64,000 nt of DNA from Thermoanaerobaculia bacterium (GTDB lineage Bacteria > Acidobacteriota > Thermoanaerobaculia > Multivoradales > Multivoraceae). Below are positions 31,298 through 40,976 of the stretch, piece after piece. A program made the position numbers and the translations under genes. Within the stretch, counting starts at the first letter, position 1; each line of letters begins with the position of its first letter. The DNA lies in the NCBI GenBank assembly GCA_963664405.1, contig OY761158.1:2880001-2944000 (forward strand), written 5' to 3'. A model generated the notes under the pieces. It did no database searches, was not told the origin of the DNA, and was given only the letters and a program-made list of their open reading frames with translations.

Positions 31298-32101
31298 GGT
31301 TCTGTCAACTTATCCAAGACGAAGTGGAGTTGTGGCTCGTTCGCGGGCTGCTTGTCTCGGACTCACGCACACGTCACCTGCCGCCAGACACCGAACGAGC
31401 GATCTCGCAGCGTCCTGTGGTTGGCAGAGTTGACGAGGTGCCGGCCAACGCGGAACAGGTTCCGGATGACTCCGTGAGCGGAGAGGAATCGTTGCGCATG
31501 GCCGGGCGATTTGAAGCGGCGCATCTGTCGCTCCCGCTGCCGGGTCGGCTGGTGGGAGACCTCGGCTCGGTTGTTGGCGTACTGCCTCGTGTCGTGCCTG
31601 ACGGAGGGCATGGTGGTCCGATGGGCTGCGCCGTAGCTCCTCAGTTTGTCAGTCACCAGGCGAACCGGCTCTGCGCCTTGGCCCTTCAATAGCTTGCGGA
31701 AGAAGCGTTCCGCTGCTTTCCGATCTCGGCGTGGCTGCACGAGGATGTCGATCACATCGCCGTCCTGGTCGACTGCACGCCAGAGATACTTCCGCCTCCC
31801 CTGGATCGTCACGAAGAGCTCGTCGAGGTACCAGGTATCGCCGAGGCGGCCTTGTCGCCGCTTCAGCGTGCGGGCGTACTCACCACCGAACTTCCTGCAC
31901 CACTGGCGGATCGTCTCGTAGGAGACCGTGATCCCCCGCTCCGCCAGGAGATCCTCGACGTCTCGGAAGCTCAGGCAGAACCGATGATAGAGCCAAACGG
32001 CATGACCGATGATCTCGGCCGGGAAGCGATGGCCTCGGTAGCTGGATTCGCTGTTGTTCATGGGCCAACTCTGGCAGCCCGGGGCTCAAGTTGACAGTAC
32101 C
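31298..32101 (-). mobile_element. IS6-family insertion sequence (804 bp)
   Basis: IRs ggttctgtcaactt and aagttgacagtacc (13/14 match); no target duplication visible. Confidence 0.92.
31363..32061 (-). CDS. IS6-family transposase
   Basis: GHRFPAEII, WYLDE, YLWRAVD, VTDKLRSY, NNRAEVSH. Confidence 0.95.
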   Translation of the reverse strand: MNNSESSYRGHRFPAEIIGHAVWLYHRFCLSFRDVEDLLAERGITVSYETIRQWCRKFGGEYARTLKRRQGRLGDTWYLDELFVTIQGRRKYLWRAVDQDGDVIDILVQPRRDRKAAERFFRKLLKGQGAEPVRLVTDKLRSYGAAHRTTMPSVRHDTRQYANNRAEVSHQPTRQRERQMRRFKSPGHAQRFLSAHGVIRNLFRVGRHLVNSANHRTLRDRSFGVWRQVTCA

Positions 32102-32266
32102 CTGCGACGACCCCCCAGATATCGCCAGGCTCTGCCGTCTGCGTGGGTGTACCGTAGGTCGAGACTCCAGGACGCCAGCGCGCAGAAGAAGTAGGAGCCG
32201 AGCAGTTAGTATTGATAGTTGGTTACACCTTTACGCCTAATTGATATATTGGTAGATTCATTAGCG

Positions 32267-32539
32267 ATGGCGCTCAATCTCAAGAACAAAGAAGTGGAAG
32301 AGCTGGCTGCCGAGGTGGCCGAGTTGGCCGGCGAAACGAAGACAGAGGCCATACGGCGGGCGCTGGCGGAGCGCCGCGAGCGGATCGAGTTTCATGTCCG
32401 TGACCAGTCCCGAGCCGGCAGCTTTATGAACTATCTCGAGCACGAAGTGTGGCCTCGCGTCGATCCCGCGAAGTTGGGCACCGCGATCCGGAAAGAGGAG
32501 ATTGAACAGATCCTCGGTTACGGGCCCGACGGCGTATGA
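32267..32539 (+). CDS. vapB: VapB-type antitoxin
   Basis: MALNLKN...ETKTEAIRRAL; 4-bp ATGA overlap with the PIN gene. Confidence 0.82.
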   Translation: MALNLKNKEVEELAAEVAELAGETKTEAIRRALAERRERIEFHVRDQSRAGSFMNYLEHEVWPRVDPAKLGTAIRKEEIEQILGYGPDGV

Positions 32540-32922
32540 TCGTCGATAGCTCAGTCATCCTGTCTCTCGTGCTACGTGAGCCGGTGTCCCAGGAGCTCCT
32601 GGCTAAACTGGCGGCGACCTCGTCCATCGCTATCGGAGCGCCGACTCTTGCAGAGGCCAGCCTTGTCATTCGGGGCCGATTGAACGTCGACCCTGTGCCG
32701 ATTCTGGATCGGTTCTTGCGCGATTTTCAGGTCACGGTCGTCAGCTTCACCGAGGCGCACTGGCGCGAAGCCGCCGATGCGTTCGCGCGCTATGGCAAGG
32801 GGCGTAACGCCGCAGCGCTCAATTTTGGCGATTGCATGTCCTACGCCGTCGCCAGGTTGGCTGACGTGCCGCTTCTCTTCGTTGGCGACGACTTCAGTCG
32901 AACCGATATCGCGGTGGCCTGA
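32536..32922 (+). CDS. vapC: VapC PIN-domain toxin
   Basis: MIVDSS, LNFGDCMSYA, LLFVGDDF. Confidence 0.92.
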   Translation: MIVDSSVILSLVLREPVSQELLAKLAATSSIAIGAPTLAEASLVIRGRLNVDPVPILDRFLRDFQVTVVSFTEAHWREAADAFARYGKGRNAAALNFGDCMSYAVARLADVPLLFVGDDFSRTDIAVA

Positions 32923-32968
32923 GCGCGAAACCGGGCCGGACGAAGTTGCGATCGTGGACTACCACTGA
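32923..32968 (+). pseudogene. C-terminal remnant of a HigB toxin
   Basis: Encodes ...GPDEVAIVDYH*, the HigB C-terminal signature, directly upstream of higA. Confidence 0.65.
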
Positions 32969-32979
32969 GGGCATCCACC

Positions 32980-33294
32980 ATGGTTCGCATTCCAACCCAT
33001 CGCGCACCCACCCATCCCGGAGAGATGCTGCTCGAGGAGTTCCTCAAGCCCCTGGAGCTCACCCAAAGCGAGCTTGCCGAGAAGATCCATGTGCCCTACC
33101 AGCGGATCAACGAGTTGGTGAACGGGAAGCGTGGCATCACGCCGGCCACAGCCTTGCGGCTGGCGAAGTTCTTCGGCATGTCCGCCGGTTTCTGGATGAA
33201 CCTCCAACTACGCTGGGATCTCTTTCACGCGCAACGAGCGGAGGCGGAAGCGCTGAAGAGAATCAGGAAGATCCGGCGGCCAGTGGAAGTGTGA
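32980..33294 (+). CDS. higA: HigA antitoxin (HTH Xre)
   Basis: PTHPGEML.EEFL, GKRGITPATALRLA, FWMNLQ. Confidence 0.92.
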   Translation: MVRIPTHRAPTHPGEMLLEEFLKPLELTQSELAEKIHVPYQRINELVNGKRGITPATALRLAKFFGMSAGFWMNLQLRWDLFHAQRAEAEALKRIRKIRRPVEV

Positions 33295-33300
33295 TGAGAC

Positions 33301-34548
33301 CTACTGCGCCATGCGGAGCCGTATGCCGAAGACCCAGATCGAGTCTTCGGTGGGGTTGAGTGCCGGGTCGAGGAGCAGCTGGATGTCGGGAGTGAGGACG
33401 ATCTGGTCGGCAAGAGAGATGCGGTAGAAGACCTCGAGGCCGAGCTGCTCGTCGAGCCCCGGGTCGTAGGTCGCATCGTTGGGGTCGCCCCAGTTGACGC
33501 CGAAAGCGAGAAGGTCGCGGCCCGGTACCGTCTCGTAACCGACACCGGCACTGAGCGAGGTCTCGAGGCGAGCGCCGCCGTCGTCGGCCCAGCCGACCTT
33601 GACGAAGGGTGTCCACCGCTCCTTCACCGGGCGGGTGTAGCCGAGATTGAGGCCCCAGCCCTCAGGTAGGCCACGCCGCACTCTCCGGTCCATGTGCCAG
33701 AGGGTGAGGTGGACGTTGTCTTTGAAGATGCGGTCCCGCGAGGTGGTGAAACCCACTTCGACGGACTTGAAGTACTCAGCATCGTCGAAGAAGGTGTCGA
33801 AGGTCTCGAGCGGGTCGGTGGGGTCGGAGTTGGCGTCGCCGAGGCCGGCGATGAGATAGACCTGATCAGTGAGCATCGCTCCCGCCGCGACACCGAGAAA
33901 GGCGTCGTTGGGGATCTCGAGGGTGAGGCCACCGGTACCGAAGGCGAAATTCATGAATTGGGTGAAGGGGCTGCCGAGAGGGGAGATATCGACATAGTCG
34001 CGGATGTCGAGCAGCCCGCCGTAAATGGAGACGCGTCCGCCGGCGAGACGCTGGCGCCAGTAGAAGTTGGTGAGTCGGGTCCCCTGGTTGCTGAAGGGTG
34101 CCTGGAACGTGCCGACGTTGCCGATCTCCAGGCTGAATGAGTTAGGCGTGCCGGCCGTGTAGCGGTGGCGGTCTTCGACCTTCCACACCAGAGCTCCGCT
34201 GTTCGCCGAACCGCGCCCGGTGAGCTCCCACGAGCCCATGAAGCGGGCGATGCCGCTGCCAGCTTCGTCGCGTCCGAGACTCTCGTCGGAAGAGAGGTAG
34301 GCGCCGGTATAGTCGAAGCCGAAAGAAAAGCCTGTCCTCTCCTTGAGGTCCTTCTTGTAGTCGAACCAGCGGTCGAGAAACTCCAGCCGCCCCAGCGGCT
34401 CGCTGGGCTCGGCGTCGTCCTCGAGTTGGGTCTCGACCGAGTCGGGGCCACCGAAATTGGGTGGTTTCGCCGCGTCAGAATCCCCCTGGGCCGGAAGCCG
34501 CGCAGGCAGCGCGATGAGGGCGACAAGGGCCCACGAGCTCCGGCTCAC
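33301..34548 (-). CDS. OprB-like carbohydrate-selective porin
   Basis: Signal peptide, beta-strand pattern, EVFYR...LTPDIQ...FGIRLR C-terminus; GTG start overlaps the upstream stop. Confidence 0.75.
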   Translation of the reverse strand: MSRSSWALVALIALPARLPAQGDSDAAKPPNFGGPDSVETQLEDDAEPSEPLGRLEFLDRWFDYKKDLKERTGFSFGFDYTGAYLSSDESLGRDEAGSGIARFMGSWELTGRGSANSGALVWKVEDRHRYTAGTPNSFSLEIGNVGTFQAPFSNQGTRLTNFYWRQRLAGGRVSIYGGLLDIRDYVDISPLGSPFTQFMNFAFGTGGLTLEIPNDAFLGVAAGAMLTDQVYLIAGLGDANSDPTDPLETFDTFFDDAEYFKSVEVGFTTSRDRIFKDNVHLTLWHMDRRVRRGLPEGWGLNLGYTRPVKERWTPFVKVGWADDGGARLETSLSAGVGYETVPGRDLLAFGVNWGDPNDATYDPGLDEQLGLEVFYRISLADQIVLTPDIQLLLDPALNPTEDSIWVFGIRLRMAQ

Positions 34549-35542
34549 TTCTTCCCCCAAGGGAGCTTGATCACTGGAGCGACCGAGAACGAGAGCTGCC
34601 ATTTCGGGCCGAACAGGTCGGGGGCCTCGACGAAGTACCAGATCTGGCCGCTGAACTTCCACGGGATACCCCCCATGAAGGCGGTCTTGGAGAGGCCGGT
34701 GGCGAGCGGCAGGGTCCAGTCTTCGGTGTCGTGGTTGAAGGAAAAGGTGGGGCCGGCGGCGATCTGCCAGCCCTTGGGCATTGAGATGGCGTAGAAGTAC
34801 TGCCCGCCGGTGACGTCGACGTTGTTGCGGCCGCCGATGTCCCAGGACTGGGTGATGAGCGCGCCGAAAACACCCCACTTGGTGATCTTTCCGAGGGCGA
34901 ACTCGGGCCCCGCCGTCCACTCGCCCTCGAGGTCCTTGTCGGTTGCAGAGGGGATGCCCCCGACCATTCCGGCAAAGTAGAGGATGCCCGACGGCAGGGT
35001 CTTGCCGTAGGCCACGTCGAAGCCGATATTCCCCAGGTTGACGCCCGCATCCACGAAGTCGAAGCCCACCCTCGGAAAAGGGGCGCTGGAGTGACACCCG
35101 TCAACGACGGGAGGGGCTGCTTGAAGTGGATCGGGATCGCCGGCCGTATCAAGAGGTTCCCTCCGCTCTTCAGGGGGTACGGCAGGCCAGGCTGGAAGAG
35201 GTAAGTGAGGCCGGGCTCGTCATCGGCACCTGGGAGCTTGCCGTCGAATTGGACGAAGTCGAGGCGGCTGGTCAGAGAGGCGGTGGCCCCGGCCGGGTTC
35301 GACAGCTCTTTCGCGATCTCGTCGGCGGTCTTTTCGGCGGCCGGCGGTGCCGTTGCCAGTCCCCCCAGCTCGACCGGGAAGAGAGTCGAAAGCCGCTCGA
35401 AGCCGGGTGCGAGAGTTTCCGTCGCGTTCTCGCCGGCGGTCGCCGGGGCGATCGCAAGGAGGAGTGACAGAGCGCATGCAAACCCGAGCGTGGGGGCTTG
35501 GTTATAAGCGCGTCGCTGTTTCGTCACTGTTTCTCCCTTCAT
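34545..35542 (-). pseudogene. Outer-membrane beta-barrel-like hypothetical protein with a frameshift at ~35075
   Basis: N-frame signal peptide and ADEIAKELSNP; C-frame LGNIGFD...WTAGP...FGPKWQLSF. Confidence 0.6.
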
Positions 35543-35761
35543 GGCCGCGACCGACGAAGGTCGGCGAAACTCCAGACTCTATCGTGTTCCTTCACTCAAA
35601 TCCTCGCTCAGGCATCACGGTCGTGCTTGCCATCTGGCGCCACGCAGCAGTGGTCGCCGGCTAGCAGTGAGAGCTACTTGTCGCCAATCACTCGGCGTTG
35701 TCGGCGGCTGCCGGCTCGTTGTTATAACATCCGTGATAACATAGAGATGGAGGTTTTACGC

Positions 35762-35989
35762 ATGCTCGAGCTCAAAGTACGCAAGGTCGGAAACTCTCTA
35801 GGGATGGTGTTGCCGCGAGAAGCTGCGAGTCGCTTGCGCGTCACCGCTGGAGACAGTGTATTTCTCTGCGAGACTCCCGAGGGGGGCTATGTCATCACCT
35901 CCTACGATCCCGACTTCCAAACAAAGATGGAGAAAGCCGAGGGGATCATGGACCGCTACCGCAACACCCTGCGTGCCCTCTCCAAGTGA
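35762..35989 (+). CDS. AbrB/MazE-type antitoxin
   Basis: LKVRKVGNSLGMVLP...YRNTLRALSK; RBS ggagg. Confidence 0.88.
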   Translation: MLELKVRKVGNSLGMVLPREAASRLRVTAGDSVFLCETPEGGYVITSYDPDFQTKMEKAEGIMDRYRNTLRALSK

Positions 35990-36384
35990 GTGATCCGATT
36001 TGGCTGGAAGAGCGCGAGATTCGGGCGATCCACGACTTCCAGTTGTCGGAGCACGGTGGCGCTTCAGGGATTCGCGACATCGGTCTGTTGCAATCCGCCC
36101 TCGCTCGACCGAAGCAGCTACACGCATACGAGGCGCCCGACATCCCGGCCCGGGCCGCGGCGACCACTGCTGGGATCGTGCGCAACCACCCGTTCGTCGA
36201 TGGCAACAAACGCACCGGTTTCGTTGCCGGCGTCCTTTTCCTGGAACTGAACGGCCTCCGTTTCACCGCTGAGGAGGCCGAAGCGACTCGAGCGGTATTG
36301 GATCTGGCTTCGGGCAGCTGGGACGAGGGCCACTATGCCGCGTGGTTGCGGATGAAAACGGAGAAGGCAGCCGGCACCGGTTAG
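35986..36384 (+). CDS. doc: Doc (Fic-family) toxin
   Basis: GIRDIGLLQSALARP and HPFVDGNKRT. Confidence 0.92.
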   Translation: MSDPIWLEEREIRAIHDFQLSEHGGASGIRDIGLLQSALARPKQLHAYEAPDIPARAAATTAGIVRNHPFVDGNKRTGFVAGVLFLELNGLRFTAEEAEATRAVLDLASGSWDEGHYAAWLRMKTEKAAGTG

Positions 36385-36469
36385 TCCCTGTTGATGGCTG
36401 CGAGAAAGCGCATCCCGTTGGCTGCGAGCGCAGTTTCCGGGATGGAGTGAGCTGAGGGCTTCGCGACCG

Positions 36470-36690
36470 CGGGAAAGCTAGGCCTTCTTCAGGAAGGGCG
36501 GCATCATCCCGCCGGAACGGCGGTCCGGGTGCGTGGTCCCGGCGGCGTGTTTGCGGTCGGAAGAGATGCGTGAGTCGGTGTAGGGCTTTGCAGTGCGGGC
36601 TCTGCTCTGATAGAGCAGGCCGACCAGAGACGGCGAGAGCCCGGGAAAGCGAAGTAGAAAACGCCCCGGGCTCTGCCCCAAACCGCAGCA
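36470..36690 (+). ncRNA. Candidate structured non-coding motif in the IS21 leader
   Basis: Hairpins ccttc/gaagg, ccgccg-gaa-cggcgg, ctgctct-gat-agagcag and agagcccggg/cccgggctct; motif blocks shared with the MITE at 50262-52110. Confidence 0.5.
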
Positions 36691-36747
36691 TTAGCTGCGC
36701 TTGCAGTATGGCAGAGAGTCGGGGTCGTCGTCGAATGGGAGGCGACG

Positions 36748-37143
36748 ATGCGACCGGACTACCGACTCTTCGACTGTGCTCGATGCCGTCGGCGTATCTC
36801 GCTGTGCTCGCACTGTGACCGTGGCCAGCGTTACTGCCGGGCTTGTGCTCTGGTGGCTCGTCGGGAATCGACTCGGGCGGCCGGCCATCGGTACCAGCGA
36901 AGCCTCCGAGGTCGGCATTGTCATGCCGCCCGTCAGGCCCGCTACCGTCGGCGCCAGCGCGAGCGGGCAGAGAAAGTGACGCATCAGGGTACCCCAGGCG
37001 GTACTTCGGGGAGGACACTGTGTCGGATCGAGACTCCGAGGCGCGAAGTGCGCTACGACCCGAGGAATCCGCGATGCATGCAGTGTGGAGAGGCCTGCCG
37101 AGAGTTTGTGCGAACGAGCTTTCGTCGTTGCCGACGGAGATAG
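36748..37143 (+). CDS. Small basic Cys-rich (putative Zn-finger) accessory protein of the IS21 element
   Basis: CARC, CSHCDRGQRYCRAC, Arg-rich helix, CMQC; RBS ggagg. Confidence 0.75.
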   Translation: MRPDYRLFDCARCRRRISLCSHCDRGQRYCRACALVARRESTRAAGHRYQRSLRGRHCHAARQARYRRRQRERAEKVTHQGTPGGTSGRTLCRIETPRREVRYDPRNPRCMQCGEACREFVRTSFRRCRRR

Positions 37144-37147
37144 GGGC

Positions 37148-38656
37148 GTGATCGACGCACAGCTGCGCGGGGAGATCCGTCGTCTGTTCCTGGTCGAGAA
37201 GTGGAAAGTCGGCACGATCGCTCGACAGCTACAGCTGCACCCCTCAACCGTGCGCCGGGCGCTGGAGAAGTCCGGCGTGCTACCCCAGCAGCGACGAGGG
37301 AGGATGATCGATCCTTACCTGCCGTTCATCGAGCAGGTGCTCGGGACCTACCCACGACTGCCGGCGAGCCGTCTCTACACCATGGTGGTGGAGCGCGGCT
37401 ATCCAGGAGGCCCGGATCAGTTTCGCCACCTGGTGGCCTCGATGCGACCGAAGCCCCAGCGCGAGGCGTTTCTCTCGCTGCGCATGCTGCCAGGAGAGCA
37501 GGCGCAGGTCGACTGGGGCCACTTCGGTCGGCTCCGCGTCGGCCGGGCACATCGTCGGCTCTATGCCTTCGTCTTCGTGCTGTCGTTCTCGCGCACGGTC
37601 TTCGTGCACTTCACCCTCGACACTCGTCTCGAAACCTTCTTGCACGCTCACCAGCTGGCCTTCCACTACGTCGACGGCGTCGTCAGGACCGTTCTGTACG
37701 ACAACCTGCGAACCGCGGTGATCGAGCGGCAGGGAACCGCGGTGCGCTTCCATCCCGTGCTGCTCGATTTCGCCAGCCACTACGGCTTCCTTCCCACCGT
37801 CGCCGCGGTGGCTCGGGGAAATGAGAAAGGCCGCGTCGAGCGCGCAATCCGCTTCCTGCGAAGCTCGTTCTTCGGCGCCCGAACGGTGAGCGATTTGGAT
37901 CGTCTGAATCGGCAGGTCCTGGAATGGTGCCAGAGGTCGCAGCGCAGACCCTGGCCGCAGGACCGACAGCGAACCGTGAAAAGCGCCCTGGCCCAGGAAC
38001 GACCTCGACTGCTTGAGCTTCCCGGAGACGACTTCGAAACCGACCTGCGACTGGAGATCAAGGTCAGAAAGACGCCGATCGTGCGCTTCGACCTCAACGA
38101 CTACTCGGTGCCGCACAGTCATGTGCAGAGGACCGTCACGCTCCTCGCCAGCGAGCATCGGGTGCGGATCCTCGATGGCCAGGAGCTCCTCGCCGAGCAC
38201 CCTCGCTCGTACTCCCGGGGCGAGCAGATCCTCGATCCTCAACACCTCGAGGAGCTCCTCGCTCACAAACGCAGGGCCCGACGACACCGGGGCTTCCATC
38301 GGCTGTTTTCCGCTGTGCCTCGATGCGAAGAGCTGATGCAGCAGCTCGCCGAGCGAGGCGAGAACCTCGGAACGCAGACCGCCGGCCTGCTCCGACTCCT
38401 GCGCCAGTACGGCCCCCAGCGACTCGACAAAGCCGTGCGCGAAGCGCTCCTGAACCACGCACCGCGATTCCAGTCCGTCCGGCTCCTACTCGAACGGCAC
38501 CAGCGCGGCCTCGGTCAGCCCCCGGCTTTACCGGTGCCGCTCAGCCAGGAGCTCCAACAGCGAGATCTCTCCGTGAGACCGCACAACCTCGAGGACTACG
38601 ACCAACTTGGAGGCAACGACGATGGCCCGACCCAGGAAGAGTCCAACGATCCCTGA
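37148..38656 (+). CDS. istA: IS21 transposase IstA
   Basis: HTH, PGEQAQVDWG, LYDN, KGRVER, VRFDLNDYSVP. Confidence 0.95.
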   Translation: MIDAQLRGEIRRLFLVEKWKVGTIARQLQLHPSTVRRALEKSGVLPQQRRGRMIDPYLPFIEQVLGTYPRLPASRLYTMVVERGYPGGPDQFRHLVASMRPKPQREAFLSLRMLPGEQAQVDWGHFGRLRVGRAHRRLYAFVFVLSFSRTVFVHFTLDTRLETFLHAHQLAFHYVDGVVRTVLYDNLRTAVIERQGTAVRFHPVLLDFASHYGFLPTVAAVARGNEKGRVERAIRFLRSSFFGARTVSDLDRLNRQVLEWCQRSQRRPWPQDRQRTVKSALAQERPRLLELPGDDFETDLRLEIKVRKTPIVRFDLNDYSVPHSHVQRTVTLLASEHRVRILDGQELLAEHPRSYSRGEQILDPQHLEELLAHKRRARRHRGFHRLFSAVPRCEELMQQLAERGENLGTQTAGLLRLLRQYGPQRLDKAVREALLNHAPRFQSVRLLLERHQRGLGQPPALPVPLSQELQQRDLSVRPHNLEDYDQLGGNDDGPTQEESNDP

Positions 38657-39416
38657 CGAACCACTACGAGAGCTCGCCCGATCCCTCGGCTTCTACGCCC
38701 TCGTCGACGACTGGGGCACCTACCGAGAACAGCCCTGGCTCGAACAGCTGCTGCGCAAAGAAGAGGCCGAGCGCAAACGGCGCAGCCTCGAACGGCGCAT
38801 CCGCACCAGCCGCGTCGGGCTCTTCAAGAGCATCGCCGACTTCGACTTCTCCTGGCCCCAGCGCATCGACCGCGAGCAGATCCAGGATCTGCTCACCCTC
38901 CAATTCCTCGACGACATCACCAACGTCATCCTCCTCGGACCCAACGGTGTCGGCAAGACCATGATTGCCAAGAACCTCCTCTACCAGGCGCTGCAACGAG
39001 GGGCCACCGCCAGCTTCGTCACCGCCTCCGACATGCTCAACGATCTCGCCGTCCAGGAAACCCCCTCGGCGCTCCAGAGAAGGCTCTCCAAATACACCCG
39101 ACCCTCGCTTTTGGCAATCGATGAGCTCGGCTATCTCTCCTACGACCACCGCCACGCGGATCTCCTCTTCGAGGTCGTCTCCAGGAGATACGGCAACAAG
39201 CCCATTCTTCTCACCACCAACAAGCCCTTCGCCGAATGGGCCGAGGTCTTTCCCAACGCCTCCTGCGTCGTCACTCTCGTCGATCGACTCACCCACCACG
39301 CCGAGATCGTCAAGATCGAGGCTAACTCCTATCGCCGCAAGGAGGCCAAGGAGGCTGCTGAAAAAAAGGCCAAGGACCGCGCCAAAAGGCGGAGCGCAGC
39401 ACGACGACGCTCATGA
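38622..39416 (+). CDS. istB: IS21 AAA+ helper ATPase IstB
   Basis: DFDFSW, GPNGVGKT, LLAIDELGY, TTN, VDRLTHH, SYR. Confidence 0.95.
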   Translation: MARPRKSPTIPDEPLRELARSLGFYALVDDWGTYREQPWLEQLLRKEEAERKRRSLERRIRTSRVGLFKSIADFDFSWPQRIDREQIQDLLTLQFLDDITNVILLGPNGVGKTMIAKNLLYQALQRGATASFVTASDMLNDLAVQETPSALQRRLSKYTRPSLLAIDELGYLSYDHRHADLLFEVVSRRYGNKPILLTTNKPFAEWAEVFPNASCVVTLVDRLTHHAEIVKIEANSYRRKEAKEAAEKKAKDRAKRRSAARRRS

Positions 39417-39769
39417 CCCGAAGCCACTATCGGCGCCAGCTCCTCCGCCTCTATCGACTCCTTCCCGACACCCCGCACCGCTTCCACCACGGCGACCGCG
39501 TCATCGTCGACCAGCTCTTCGACCAAGACCTGCCTCTCACCGTCCTCCAGGCCGCCCTCCTCCTCGGCTCCGCCCGACGCGCATGCCGAGATCCGCGCCT
39601 ACCAAAGCTCCAGCCCATCCGATCCCTCGCCTACTTTCTCCCCATCCTCCGAGAACTCCCCACGACGCCACCCCCCGAGGGGTACCTCGACTATCTGCGC
39701 CACACCCTGAGTCACGCCTCGCGGGGACAAAAAACCGACTCGCAGCCAACTAAGTGCGCTTTCTCGTAG
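39413..39769 (+). CDS. Fourth ORF of the IS21 element, unknown function
   Basis: ATGA overlap with the istB stop; LYRLLPDTP...IRSLAYFLP; ends inside the right IR. Confidence 0.7.
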   Translation: MTRSHYRRQLLRLYRLLPDTPHRFHHGDRVIVDQLFDQDLPLTVLQAALLLGSARRACRDPRLPKLQPIRSLAYFLPILRELPTTPPPEGYLDYLRHTLSHASRGQKTDSQPTKCAFS

Positions 39770-39989
39770 CCGGTAACAGTCCCCAAGAGAAAGCCAAGGC
39801 TCTGGCCAGGGCCCTCGAGTGCCACCCGGAGTCATGGGGTTCGTCTCGGCGAGGCCACCGCGCAAGTGCTGGGCCTGGCAGCGCTCATCGAGGCCAGGAC
39901 CGCTGCGGGAAGAGAGAAGGATCTGGCGGCTCTTCCGGTGTTGCGTCGAACCCTCGAGCTCATAGGTGAAAGAAGAGTCAAGGACGTCG

Positions 39990-40340
39990 CTACAGAGTGT
40001 TCTTGTAGATCTTGCCGTCCTTCATGATCACCCGCATGGTCTCGATGCCGTCTCGTGGTGGCGCATCAGACCACTTTTCGTTACCGCCAATGGCACTAAT
40101 GTCTTCGAGCGGATTGCCATCCACCAGCAGAATGTCCGCATAGGCGCCCGCCTCTATGACACCGAGCTTGCCCTCATAGTAGGGGTTCAGCACATCACCG
40201 GACAGAGCGACGATCTCTCCGTTCACTGACGTCATGGATTTGAGCGCGAAGAAATTGCCAAGGAATTTCGCGGACAAGAAGATCTCGTGATCCGTCTGTT
40301 TCTTGCAGGAGGCGATACCCTCCACACAGTCCGAGCGGAA
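39990..40340 (-). pseudogene. C-terminal fragment of a metal-dependent amidohydrolase
   Basis: LGVIEAGAYADILLVDGNPLEDI...VIMKDGKIYKNTL; N-terminus absent. Confidence 0.75.
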
Positions 40341-40577
40341 TCCGAACTTCGGTTTCGTAGCATTGACATGCTTGATGAAGTCCACAAAGGCAGCCTGCGC
40401 GGTCGCCGCCTTTCGTGCCGATGCGGGGCTCGAGCTGATAGCTTCAATCTTGCCCAGCTCCGGCGAAAACGCGTGCATGTTCCTTCCGGCGCTGGACCGG
40501 CGTGCCTCCCAGCGCCTTCCGGGCTAGAGGCCACTCGACCTGATCACCACCGCCGCGTGCCGCCTGAGACTCGACGC

Positions 40578-40976
40578 CTACGACAGAGTGGGTACGAGCT
40601 CGGCGTCGATGATGCGTCGATCGTGGGTGAGCAGCGTCGCCCCGTGAACCTTGGCCGTTGCCACCAGAATCCCATCCGCCGGATCACGATGGAAAGTGTC
40701 TGGTAGAGCGGCCACTTCCGAGGCGACCGCCGGCGTGATCGAGAGCAGACGCACCAAGGGCGCGGCTGTCGCCTTCTCGAGCCATTCGCGGATCGGCAAG
40801 GCCAGCCGGATCCTGCCCAGACTGGCCAGGGTCGCAACCTCCCAGAGGGTGATGTCGGATACCAACAGGGGCTCGTCCTCGCGCTCTCCTTCGACCACCC
40901 TCCGCTGCGCATCGGAGAGCCGCGAGCCATCGCTGAACCACCACAGCAGCACGTGGGTGTCGAGTACGTAGCTCAC
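40578..40976 (-). CDS. vapC: VapC/PIN toxin
   Basis: VLDTHVLLWW, SDITLWEV, HRDPADGILVATA, LLTHD. Confidence 0.9.
   Translation of the reverse strand: MSYVLDTHVLLWWFSDGSRLSDAQRRVVEGEREDEPLLVSDITLWEVATLASLGRIRLALPIREWLEKATAAPLVRLLSITPAVASEVAALPDTFHRDPADGILVATAKVHGATLLTHDRRIIDAELVPTLS

Larger units (their letters stand above)
36389..39778 (+). mobile_element. IS21-family element (3390 bp) with four ORFs and a long structured leader
   Basis: IRs tgttgatggctgcgagaaagcgca and tgcgctttctcgtagccggtaaca; inner repeat gttggctgcgag / ctcgcagccaac; 5-bp DR gtccc (36384-36388 / 39779-39783). Confidence 0.93.

Noticed and set aside
36595-36660. Hammerhead ribozyme in the IS21 leader (ctgatag...gaaa)
   Set aside because: The core is CUGAUAG rather than CUGANGA, and it is sequestered in its own hairpin
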